Source: Thermodesulfobacteriota bacterium
Lineage (GTDB): Bacteria > Desulfobacterota > Desulfarculia > JACQYL01
Assembly: GCA_963675595.2 (NCBI GenBank)
Contig: CAXXLZ010000002.1
Coordinates: 768,001 to 832,000, forward strand
Reading direction: 5' to 3'
DNA length: 64,000 nucleotides
Of the stretch, positions 9,081 to 17,988 are shown one piece after another. Made by a program: the position numbers and the translations under genes. Below the pieces are notes generated by a model. It was given only the letters and a program-made list of their open reading frames with translations. It ran no database searches and had not been told where the DNA came from. How positions within the stretch are numbered: position 1 is the stretch's first letter; each line of letters opens with the position of its first letter.

Positions 9081-11246
9081 ATGAAAAGAAGGACCTTTGG
9101 TTTCGCCATCTTGTCGGTTATGTTCCTGCTCATCGCCGGATGCAGCGGAGGAGGTGGGTCGGACTCCGAGCCCACCCAGCCTCCAACGCAGAAACTCGTC
9201 ATTTATTCTCCCAACGGTCTGTCCCTCTTTTACGGTGAGGAACTCAAACTCAGCGTAAGCGGCGGCACTCCGCTCTACCAGTGGTCCCTGAGAAGCTCCG
9301 GTGATCAGACCTGGACCCAGATCGATGACAACCGGACCGCACCGGACGGATCGGTCATCTACGTTACCGCTTCGGACTATCTTTGGGGCATTGGTCCCAC
9401 GGTCGAGGTGGTGATCACCGTGACCGACAGCATCGGAAATTGGGGTACCATCACGGTGCAGGTCACGGACATGTTTCCAAGCGTGATTCCGGCCAAAGCG
9501 ACGGTGCCCCTGGACGTGGCTTCGGCCACGACGATGCGCTTTACGGCGTCCGGAGGGACGCCCCCCTACTACTGGGTCCTCGATAAACCCTACTTGGCGC
9601 AGGGCGTTCCCGACAGTGAGGGGGACACCTTGATCCTCCAGCCGGTGGCTTCGGGAAACCTGAAGATCACCCTGTTCGACGCCAAGAACCTGGCTTCCTC
9701 GGCCACTCTGCAAATCGTATCGGGCACGCCCAAAATCGTACCCAACAAAGTGACGCTCAGTCTCGGGGAATCCATCACGTTGAGGGCCAGCAACGGAACA
9801 CCTCCCTACTACGACTGGTATCTCACGGACCCCTCCGTGGGGACTCTGGACCCTCCGTCCGGCGGGTGGGGAGACCTTTCCGAAGCGGTCTTCACCGCCA
9901 GGAGAATCGGCAACACCGAAGTGTACCTCGACGACGATTTGGGTGAACGCGCGTACGCCACGGTGACCGTGATCCAGAACCAGACCATGCTCACACCCAG
10001 CGAAGCCAATATCGCTCCCGGAGAGGAGCTTATCCTGACGGCCAAGTACGGCCTCACCCCTTACTACTTCTTCAACGGCGACCAGAACGTGGGCGAGTTG
10101 ACCGAACTTTCCTACAACCAGGTTTTGTTTGAAGCCAAAGATGCGGGCATCACCGTCATCAGGGTGGAGGACAGCAGAGGCCAGGAAGACACTTGCACGA
10201 TTATGGTCAGCAACGCCTTTCAGATTTATCCCTTGAGCTTAAAGGGAAGCCCGGGTGAGGTGGTCAAATTCTTCCTGTATGGCGGTCAGACACCCTACGA
10301 CGTGCTCGTAAACGACGTGTCCGTTGGCTCGGCCGTGATCAAGAACGGCAACGAGGTGCATTTCACCATTGCGGCCTCACAGAATCCCGAGGACACCGCC
10401 TATCCGGACGTCGTCGAGGTTTACGACGCAGATGGGCTCAGGGCGACCGCCGAAGTGGTAGTGGCGGGCGTGGGATGCGAACTTCACGCGGAACCGTCCA
10501 CTGCGATCGGCAATCCCGGCGACGAGGTGGAATTCCTGGTGCTCTGCGGTACCGGAGATTCCTACAGCGTGACCACCATGGACGCCACTCTGGTGGAAAC
10601 CCCGATACAGCAGCCCACCGGCAACTTGGTGACCGTCACCATCAAGTCCAACGCCGTACCCGGTCTATATCCGGAGGTGATCCGTATCGCGGACGAAGAA
10701 AACAATGTGATCTACGCCGGTATCGAAGTCGTCGAAAAGCTGGCGGTAACCCCGTCCTCCGCATCGGGCGCTCCCAACGAAGAGCTGCAGTTCGTCGTGT
10801 CCGGAGGAAAAGCCCCCTACACCGCCCAGCTTTCGAGTAATACGTCGGCAACGGCGTCGGTAAGCGGAAGCGTGATCACTCTAAAGATTGCCAACAGCCC
10901 GACCTCCAACAGCCTCAGCATGATCGTACAGGACGCCGCCGGCCAGATCGTCTCCGTGCCCGTAACCATCACAAACCCGACCTGCACTTTTGAGCTGAGT
11001 CCCAGCTCGCAGACCGGAACTGCGGGTAACACCCTGGCGTACCAGGCGGTTTGCGGCACCTCCCCGTATCTGGCCACCATTCTGAATTTCACGGCCATCG
11101 ATTCGAGTGTGGACGCCATTTCAATCACGGGAAACCTGGTGACGGTCAAGATATCCGGCACCGCGGCACCCGGCACCTACTCCAACGCCTTTGTGATCAC
11201 CGATGCCAATGCTCAGTCGGCTTTCGGCAGCATCGTGGTCCAGTAG
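9081..11246 (+). CDS. Lipoprotein with 8 tandem Ig-like repeats, paralog of the upstream gene
   Basis: Lipobox IAGC-SGGGG; eight repeats (SGGTPLYQW, SGGTPPYYW, SNGTPPYY, YGLTPYY, YGGQTPY, LCGTGDSY, SGGKAPY, VCGTSPY); GGGGAG RBS. Confidence 0.75.
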   Translation: MKRRTFGFAILSVMFLLIAGCSGGGGSDSEPTQPPTQKLVIYSPNGLSLFYGEELKLSVSGGTPLYQWSLRSSGDQTWTQIDDNRTAPDGSVIYVTASDYLWGIGPTVEVVITVTDSIGNWGTITVQVTDMFPSVIPAKATVPLDVASATTMRFTASGGTPPYYWVLDKPYLAQGVPDSEGDTLILQPVASGNLKITLFDAKNLASSATLQIVSGTPKIVPNKVTLSLGESITLRASNGTPPYYDWYLTDPSVGTLDPPSGGWGDLSEAVFTARRIGNTEVYLDDDLGERAYATVTVIQNQTMLTPSEANIAPGEELILTAKYGLTPYYFFNGDQNVGELTELSYNQVLFEAKDAGITVIRVEDSRGQEDTCTIMVSNAFQIYPLSLKGSPGEVVKFFLYGGQTPYDVLVNDVSVGSAVIKNGNEVHFTIAASQNPEDTAYPDVVEVYDADGLRATAEVVVAGVGCELHAEPSTAIGNPGDEVEFLVLCGTGDSYSVTTMDATLVETPIQQPTGNLVTVTIKSNAVPGLYPEVIRIADEENNVIYAGIEVVEKLAVTPSSASGAPNEELQFVVSGGKAPYTAQLSSNTSATASVSGSVITLKIANSPTSNSLSMIVQDAAGQIVSVPVTITNPTCTFELSPSSQTGTAGNTLAYQAVCGTSPYLATILNFTAIDSSVDAISITGNLVTVKISGTAAPGTYSNAFVITDANAQSAFGSIVVQ

Positions 11247-11262
11247 AACCGAATGAATACAC

Positions 11263-11294
11263 GGGACGTCCGAATACCGGTTTTCGGACGTCCC
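11263..11294. repeat. Perfect 12-bp inverted repeat (intercistronic hairpin without a U-tract)
   Basis: GGGACGTCCGAA-N8-TTCGGACGTCCC. Confidence 0.7.
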
Positions 11295-11393
11295 ACACAC
11301 AAGGCATAGTCCGGACCGCGTCGCCATTTTCCTTAACGCCTTATGGGTAACGGCGACGGCTCGGATCCGGGCGTCATATCAAGGAAGCGCCTC

Positions 11394-12524
11394 ATGACGT
11401 TTAGAGCCGGCTCGAAATCGCAACGACTGGGATTTGCGGTCTACACCGTTCTCCTGCTGCTGTTTTTCTGCGGCTCGATATCCAATGCGGCGGAGGTCCG
11501 CCTGAAGGACATCGCCCACTTCGAAGGATTCCGTCCGAACCAGTTGATCGGCTACGGCGTAATCGTCGGACTCGACGGCACCGGAGACGGAACCCGGGGG
11601 GGATTTACGCGTCAAATCTTATCCAACATGATGTACAAGTTGGGCGTCACCATCCCCGCCAGCGCCATCCAAGTGAAAAATACGGCCACCGTCATGGTCA
11701 CCGCCGAGCTTCCCCCCTTTGCCAAGGCCGGGACCCGGATCGACGCCGTGGTCTCTTCTCTGGCGGATGCAAAAAGTCTACAGGGAGGCACGTTGTTGAT
11801 GACGCCCTTGCGGGCGGCGAGTCGCGAGATCTATGCCGTAGCCCAGGGGCCGGTTTCCATCGGCGGTTTCGGAGCGGCCGGCGGCGGAGCAACGGTTCAA
11901 CAGAACCATTTGACTGTCGGTGTTGCGGTCAACGGGGCTCTCATCGAAAGAGATTTGCCTTTGAACCTCCCGGGACGCGTGCTGAAGCTCCACTTGTATC
12001 ACCCGGACTTCACCACGGCGCACCGGACTGCGGAAAGCATCAACAAGCACTTTCAGACCGACATGTCCACCGCCGTCGATCCCAGCGAAATCCGCATCAG
12101 CGTTCCCGAGGAGTTCCATGAAAACATCGTGGAGTTCATTTACCAGGTTGAAAACGTCAAAGTGGAACCCGACACCCGTGCCGTGGTGGTTATGAACGAG
12201 AGAACCGGAACGGTGGTCATGGGAGAAAACGTCCGGGTTTCCACGGTGGCCGTGGCCCACGGGAACCTCAACATCGTGATTCGAGAGACCCCGGAAGTCT
12301 CGCAGCCCGAGCCTTTCAGCGAAGGCACCACGGTGGTGGTTCCTCGGACCGATATCTATGTCACCGAGGACAACAACAAGTTGCTCTTGGTGCCCGAAGG
12401 GGTCACCATCGGTGACGTTGTCCGAGCGCTGAACGCCATCGGAGTCACTCCACGGGATCTCATCTCCGTCATCGTAGCCCTCAAAGAGGCCGGAGCGCTC
12501 CAGGCGGACCTGAAATTCCTCTAA
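11394..12524 (+). CDS. flgI: Flagellar P-ring protein FlgI
   Basis: RLKDIA...NQLIGYGVIVGLDGTGD; AELPPFAKAG; DAKSLQGGTLLMTPL; NERTGTVVMG; ALKEAGALQADL (alternative start 11343). Confidence 0.97.
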   Translation: MTFRAGSKSQRLGFAVYTVLLLLFFCGSISNAAEVRLKDIAHFEGFRPNQLIGYGVIVGLDGTGDGTRGGFTRQILSNMMYKLGVTIPASAIQVKNTATVMVTAELPPFAKAGTRIDAVVSSLADAKSLQGGTLLMTPLRAASREIYAVAQGPVSIGGFGAAGGGATVQQNHLTVGVAVNGALIERDLPLNLPGRVLKLHLYHPDFTTAHRTAESINKHFQTDMSTAVDPSEIRISVPEEFHENIVEFIYQVENVKVEPDTRAVVVMNERTGTVVMGENVRVSTVAVAHGNLNIVIRETPEVSQPEPFSEGTTVVVPRTDIYVTEDNNKLLLVPEGVTIGDVVRALNAIGVTPRDLISVIVALKEAGALQADLKFL

Positions 12525-12553
12525 CCCGATGATGCGAAAGGCGGGTTTCCCGC

Positions 12554-12907
12554 ATGTCCTACGATTTCTTGTTGCATTTTAGCCCCGAAGCGGCAAAGAT
12601 GAGTGAAGGTGGAGAGTCGGCGGCTCTGAAAAAGGCCTGTCAGGAGTTCGAGTCCTTTTTTTGGGAAATACTCCTCAAAGAGATGCGCAAGACCGTACCG
12701 GAAGGCGGCCTCCTTGGGAATTCCCTGGAAAACGATCTTTACACTTCCATGTATCACCAGGAGCTTTCCGTGGAATTGAGCCGACGTGGCGGCCTCGGAC
12801 TAACGGAACTGCTCGAGGGAAGCCTGGAAGGCACCCTTGAAAAGCACGACGGGGGTGCGGACGAGTCCGAGGAAGAAGAAACCGTCGGGTCGGAAACAAT
12901 TAGATGA
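12554..12907 (+). CDS. flgJ: Rod-binding FlgJ, single domain with no muramidase part
   Basis: LKKACQEFESFFWEILLKEMRKTVPEGGLLG...YTSMYHQELS...GGLGL; follows flgI. Confidence 0.88.
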   Translation: MSYDFLLHFSPEAAKMSEGGESAALKKACQEFESFFWEILLKEMRKTVPEGGLLGNSLENDLYTSMYHQELSVELSRRGGLGLTELLEGSLEGTLEKHDGGADESEEEETVGSETIR

Positions 12908-13011
12908 CCCCCGACTGCTTCCAGTAGGACGGCCATCCTGAACGGGAGATTCTACGACTGGAGAAAAATATTCCGGCTTTGGCGGAATTGCTTTAATTTT
13001 TCGTGAGAGGC

Positions 13012-13038
13012 TAAAGTTCCACGTGCCGCTGCCGATTC
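13012..13038 (+). promoter_or_regulatory. Sigma28 (FliA) promoter for flgM
   Basis: TAAA-N15-GCCGATTC. Confidence 0.85.
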
Positions 13039-13074
13039 ACTGGATGAAAAGTCCGAAAGGAGGCGTTCCAAAGG

Positions 13075-13392
13075 ATGAAAATCGACGACACCATAATCCA
13101 GCAGACGGATGTGTTAAAACAACAGGTCCGGTCGTCGGAGACGGGAAAGAACCAGGAACAGCCGGGCGGCGAGCGTATCGCCCCGTCTCCTGACATCGAA
13201 GAAAACGTGGAAATCTCTAGCAGAGCTCAAGAGAGACGGTCGGCTCGCGATGCGTTGAGTTCCGTGCCGGAAGTCCGCGCCCAAAAAGTCGCGGAGGTCC
13301 GCAAGAAGATCGAGGAGGGTACCTACGAGGTGAACAGCGGCAAAATCGCAGAAAAACTCATCCGGGAGTCCCTGTTCCATAACATCGCCTGA
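13075..13392 (+). CDS. flgM: Anti-sigma28 factor FlgM
   Basis: VEISSRAQE...PEVRAQKVAEVRKKIEEGTYEVNSGKIAEKLI. Confidence 0.93.
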   Translation: MKIDDTIIQQTDVLKQQVRSSETGKNQEQPGGERIAPSPDIEENVEISSRAQERRSARDALSSVPEVRAQKVAEVRKKIEEGTYEVNSGKIAEKLIRESLFHNIA

Positions 13393-13599
13393 TCCAATAT
13401 CTCCTCCGTCTTCAGTCCGCCAAACAATTCCAATCGCCTGCAACCGCTCATGGATGAGCGGTTCTTCCTTCACAATCTCCTGTACCCACTACCCCACTTT
13501 TTCGGCATGTGTGCGAGCTAGAGCCTTCATGTCCGGTAAGACCCGAGGGATACCGGAAGGCGGAAGTGGTCGCTTCCCGAGGCATTTGTCGTTTCGGGA

Positions 13600-16500
13600 T
13601 CACTGAGGCTCGGAAACCCGGAAATTCTTCTCCAACCGTCCTTTCCGTGCCTTGACGGCTGTAATGACAGTGAGCATGAACTCGGCGATGTCGAAATCCG
13701 GCGGTACGACCGTGACCGTCGTCCAGTTAACGGTATTCCCGCATTGGTTCCTCAATTCAATGGTGTAATCCGTGGTTTCCGATGGATACACCGCGACCGA
13801 ACCACCCGTCGGTGACACCTGGCCGACTCCGGGACTTATGATCGCCTCATCCCCGCCCGTTCCGCTCCAGGACAGAACCGCACCGTTTCCCGCTACCACA
13901 TCCCCGCCGGGACCGGAAAAGAAGTCGATGACCGGCAGATCGCAGGTCAAGACTTCGATGGAGGCCTGTACGTCTCCGCATGAACTCTCAACCACCAATG
14001 TATAGGTTTCCGGCGCCGACGCCTCCAGTGATACGACCCCGACCCCCGGGTCCACCTGCCCCACTCCGGGTGATATTTCGGCGAGTTCTCCTCCTATGGC
14101 GACCCAGTCCAACTGGAAAACGGTTCCGGTGGGCACGGGGTCGGAGGGCCCTTGAAAAACCACGATTTCGGGCGGATCGCAGGCGTCCAATATCGGCGGG
14201 TCGTCCGGTTCCGACGTCGAGGGATTGGCCATGCCGGAAGCCTGGTACTCGACCAGTGCATCCACTACATGCTCACCTACCTCTCCTTCGGGCACATGCA
14301 CCACGAAAACCGCCTCCAGCGGGCTGGACAATACTTTGGACGTCCAGAATATCCCTTTGGACGGGTTCACTGTGTTGATTCCCGTGCCGGAAACGCTTTC
14401 GAGGGTCCACCCGTCGGGTAGAAGCGGTTTCCAAAGAATGGAAAGGAGCGGATCCTGAAAGGAGGCGCGAAAGGTGAAGGTCACCTCACGGCCCGGAGGA
14501 TACGTGTCGGGACCTTCGATGGAAATCGAAGGAGTGCTCTGCGGCGTTAAGGGAGGACCCGACAGGGCGACGTCGGGCTGTGGTATCAACGGAGCGAAAC
14601 CGTCCACCCCCGAAGCATCGGGCTGATACCCTCCCGCGCGCCAGTAGGCAAGCACTCGATTGATCTCCGTGCCGTCGATATCCCAGGCCGGCGCTTGAAA
14701 ATCCGCGGTATGAGTCCCGCAGGCCGTTGCTCCTACGGTTCCCGGCTGATATCCGTCGGGTCCGGCCCCGCAACGGTACGCTCCGGCATTCCAGTAAGAA
14801 ATCACACGGGTCACTTCCGCATTGTCGATGATGAAGTCGGGCCCGTTGTAATCCGCATCGTGGTAAATAGGTGTTTCCGCCAACACGAGGGGGTCCGGAA
14901 GAGCGACGTCCACGGAAGGCAAAGCCATTCCCACCAATTGAAAGTCGATGGTCGATCCGATGTTTTGAGCCCCGGTCTGTCCTCCGGGAACGGCGACTTG
15001 GTATTCGAACACCACTGGATTGTTCGCAACGGGAGGCGTAAAAGTAACCACTCCTCCCAAGACCACCGGATTTCCATTCCCGGCCGCCGCCGTCACCCCG
15101 GTGAGGGTCCATCCCGCGGGCAACACGGGCGTCCACTGTAGGGATTGAATCGTCAGTCCGGCTTGATAGCTGAATTCACACGCCACAACCGCCGTGCCTG
15201 GAGACGGGTAACCGGCCGAAGAGTGGACCGAAGCCGTCGCATAAGTAATTTCCGGAAGTTGCAGCGGGTGGGGATTCGCCCACGTAAGCGCGGGATTTAC
15301 CATGCCGTCGATTTGGTACTCCACCTCCGCGCTAAGGTAATGGGTGCCGGATTCACCGCCCGGGACGTTGACGATATACGTAAACTGCACCGGATTCCCG
15401 GAGAAGGCATCCAGAAAGACGATTTCCCCTCCGCTCACCTGAGGGTTTCCATCGCCCGAAGCCCCCACCGGATCCAAGGTCCAACCGGCGGGTAATTGCG
15501 GTCTCCAAAGAAGCGAAAGCAGGCTCCTCCCCTGGGGTACCTGAAACGTGCAGGTGATCACGGCGGTGCCGGGAGTTTCATATCCGGGCGAGGAATGTGC
15601 GGCCGCGATCCCTGGAGGATACCCGCAGGTCTTGAAAAGGAACACGTCGCTTTGACCGTTGGCGTCTCCCGAAACCAGGTTTCCGGCGGAAGAACCGAAC
15701 ACCATGTGAAGTCCGTCGCTCGCCATGGACGGATAAAGCGAAGCACCGTCAGGCTCTCCCAACGTTGAAGAGGCGCTCACTCGAGACGTTTCACCGGTTT
15801 GACGATCCCGAACGAACACATCCCATTTTTCGTTGGTATCACCGGGCAACAGATTGGTCGATCCCGACGAGAACACCACGTAGCGGCCGTCGGAGGACAT
15901 GGATCGCCTTCTGGAACCCCTGCTCTCCCCGTTCCCCTCGGAACCGTCGTAGGCCAAGCTCACTCGCTCGGTGATCCCGGTTTGAAGGTCTTTCAGAAAT
16001 ACGTCGGCTTTGCCGTTGGCATCTCCGACCGTCAGGTTGGAAGCATTGGAATAGAACACCACGTAGCGACCGTCCAGGGACAGGGAGGGGTATTCCGAGA
16101 ACCCTCCGGCCTGTCCTCCCGCGGAAGAGACGGAAACACGGACGGTTTGCGCGGTACTGCGGTCGTGCACGAAGACGTCCGCAGAGCCGTTGGTGTCCCC
16201 CGCCACCAAATTCGTGGCCTCGGAGACAAAAGCCACGTAGCGGCCGTCCGCGGATAGCGAGGGAAACCTGCATGCGCCGTTTCCCTGGACTCCGATCGAT
16301 GAAACGCTCACTCGCGTCGTCTGGGCGAGAAGCAGATCACGAACGAATACATCGGACTTGGTGTTTGTGTCGCCGGGAACCAGATTGGAAGCCGCGGACG
16401 TGAAAGCCACGTAACGGCCGTCCGAGGAGACCGACGGCTGAAAGGAAGCCTGGTTGCCCTGCCCGCCTGCGTCGGTCAGACTGACCCGAACAGTGACGGC

Positions 16501-17865
16501 GGTTTGCCGGTCATGCAGGAATACGTCACTGTGACCGTTATCGTCCACGGCCACCAGATTGGTCGCTTCCGAAGTGAACGCGACGTATCGGCCGTCCGGT
16601 GAAAGGTCGGGATCCGAGCTTTGATCGTTCCCCTGAACCCCGGCGGAAGATACGCTGACTCGGGTCACCGCGGCGGTTTCCATATCCCGCACGTAGACGT
16701 CCGTGCCGGCGGCTCCCGCAACCAAGTCTGCGGCATTGGAGGAAAATGCCACGTAACGCCCGTCCGCAGACACCACGGGAGAACCGCTTCCTCCGTCGGC
16801 GGCAGCACCGCTCGCGGCCACACTCACCGCCTGGATTTCCGAGGCGCACGCCGGTCCCAGACTTCTGAAGGCGCCGTCACCCTCCGTGCCTGCAAACACC
16901 TTCGAAGCATCCCAAGGGTCAACGGCCAGAGTCCGAACCGGTACCAGGGGCGTGGGAAGGCCGGCATTGTCTGCGGACCACAGGGCCCCACCGTTGGAAG
17001 TGACAAAAACGCCGCCGCCGTCGGTGCCCGCATACACCACGCCGGGTTGAATGGGGTCCGCCGCGAGAGAATGCACATTCACGTCGGTAAGTCCCGTATT
17101 CACCTGGTTCCAGGTGAGGCCGGCGTCTGTGGACTTATAAATACCCCAGGTGTCGGTCCCGGCGTAAACATTGTTCGAGTCGTGAGGGTCCACCGCCAGG
17201 CAGGTCACGGAGACGGCCGTGCTGATCGGCGTCCAGATCAAACCCGCGTTCGTACTTTTGTAGACTCCGTAGGTTTCGGATCCGGCGTACACGACATTGG
17301 AGTCCGCAGGGTCCACGGCCAAGGCGTAGATATCGGTTAAGGGCAGAGTCAGACCGGTGTTGACGGCATTCCACGACGTCCCGCCGTCCGTACTCTTGAA
17401 GATTCCTTCCCCTTCCGTCCCGGCATAGAGGACCTGATCGTCGCCGGGGTCCTCAGTCAGCGCGAAAACTTGAGGCAAGAAACCCGGAAGCCCCGTATTC
17501 ACGGCGTTCCAGTCCATCCCCCCGTTTACACTTTTGAAAACTCCTCCCGTTTGGGTGCCTGCATACAGAGTGTTGGGCAAGGTGGGAGACACAGCCAGCG
17601 TATGGATGTTGTTGTCCGCCAAGCCGTTGTTCACGGCCGTCCACCAAGTCCCGCCGCTCGAGGAACGAAACACGCCTCCACCCCAGGTGGCGGCGTACAT
17701 CACGGACGGAACATGCGGCTCGGGGATCAGGGACATCACTTCCAGGTCGGTCAAACCTTGGTTAATCGCGACCCAGTCCGCCCGACTCTCCGAGACGAAC
17801 AAGGCAAAACCGGCAAGGAAGCACAACAGTATTGAAAATGGGCGACGTACACGGCGGGTGTTCAT
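13600..17865 (-). CDS. Large secreted multidomain surface protein: BNR/YCF48-like propeller, TolB/PD40 propeller, three beta-sandwich repeats, duplicated dockerin/EF-hand-like module, two Ig-like C-terminal repeats
   Basis: Signal peptide (ESRA|DW); repeated YAGT.GGVFKSTDGG..W..VNTGL; repeated PSLSADGRYVAF.S.A.NLV.GDTN...DVFVRD; LxWxPxLPxGWTL three times; H(D/T)AD...ID..E..RV..YW.AG.Y twice. Confidence 0.8.
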   Translation of the reverse strand: MNTRRVRRPFSILLCFLAGFALFVSESRADWVAINQGLTDLEVMSLIPEPHVPSVMYAATWGGGVFRSSSGGTWWTAVNNGLADNNIHTLAVSPTLPNTLYAGTQTGGVFKSVNGGMDWNAVNTGLPGFLPQVFALTEDPGDDQVLYAGTEGEGIFKSTDGGTSWNAVNTGLTLPLTDIYALAVDPADSNVVYAGSETYGVYKSTNAGLIWTPISTAVSVTCLAVDPHDSNNVYAGTDTWGIYKSTDAGLTWNQVNTGLTDVNVHSLAADPIQPGVVYAGTDGGGVFVTSNGGALWSADNAGLPTPLVPVRTLAVDPWDASKVFAGTEGDGAFRSLGPACASEIQAVSVAASGAAADGGSGSPVVSADGRYVAFSSNAADLVAGAAGTDVYVRDMETAAVTRVSVSSAGVQGNDQSSDPDLSPDGRYVAFTSEATNLVAVDDNGHSDVFLHDRQTAVTVRVSLTDAGGQGNQASFQPSVSSDGRYVAFTSAASNLVPGDTNTKSDVFVRDLLLAQTTRVSVSSIGVQGNGACRFPSLSADGRYVAFVSEATNLVAGDTNGSADVFVHDRSTAQTVRVSVSSAGGQAGGFSEYPSLSLDGRYVVFYSNASNLTVGDANGKADVFLKDLQTGITERVSLAYDGSEGNGESRGSRRRSMSSDGRYVVFSSGSTNLLPGDTNEKWDVFVRDRQTGETSRVSASSTLGEPDGASLYPSMASDGLHMVFGSSAGNLVSGDANGQSDVFLFKTCGYPPGIAAAHSSPGYETPGTAVITCTFQVPQGRSLLSLLWRPQLPAGWTLDPVGASGDGNPQVSGGEIVFLDAFSGNPVQFTYIVNVPGGESGTHYLSAEVEYQIDGMVNPALTWANPHPLQLPEITYATASVHSSAGYPSPGTAVVACEFSYQAGLTIQSLQWTPVLPAGWTLTGVTAAAGNGNPVVLGGVVTFTPPVANNPVVFEYQVAVPGGQTGAQNIGSTIDFQLVGMALPSVDVALPDPLVLAETPIYHDADYNGPDFIIDNAEVTRVISYWNAGAYRCGAGPDGYQPGTVGATACGTHTADFQAPAWDIDGTEINRVLAYWRAGGYQPDASGVDGFAPLIPQPDVALSGPPLTPQSTPSISIEGPDTYPPGREVTFTFRASFQDPLLSILWKPLLPDGWTLESVSGTGINTVNPSKGIFWTSKVLSSPLEAVFVVHVPEGEVGEHVVDALVEYQASGMANPSTSEPDDPPILDACDPPEIVVFQGPSDPVPTGTVFQLDWVAIGGELAEISPGVGQVDPGVGVVSLEASAPETYTLVVESSCGDVQASIEVLTCDLPVIDFFSGPGGDVVAGNGAVLSWSGTGGDEAIISPGVGQVSPTGGSVAVYPSETTDYTIELRNQCGNTVNWTTVTVVPPDFDIAEFMLTVITAVKARKGRLEKNFRVSEPQ

Positions 17866-17988
17866 GGTCTTCTCCACACCATGAAGTATCGGTCGGATGC
17901 TTCGAGAGGTTGAGGAGAATCCTCGGCCGGATCGGAAGCAACGAACTTGCGGGCCGTACACACCGGCCCTCCATACGGCAACCCGGCA

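Noticed and set aside
15700-17780. Periodic DNA similarity suggesting a repeat array
   Set aside because: Explained by beta-propeller coding repeats; no constant repeat-spacer structure, so not CRISPR.
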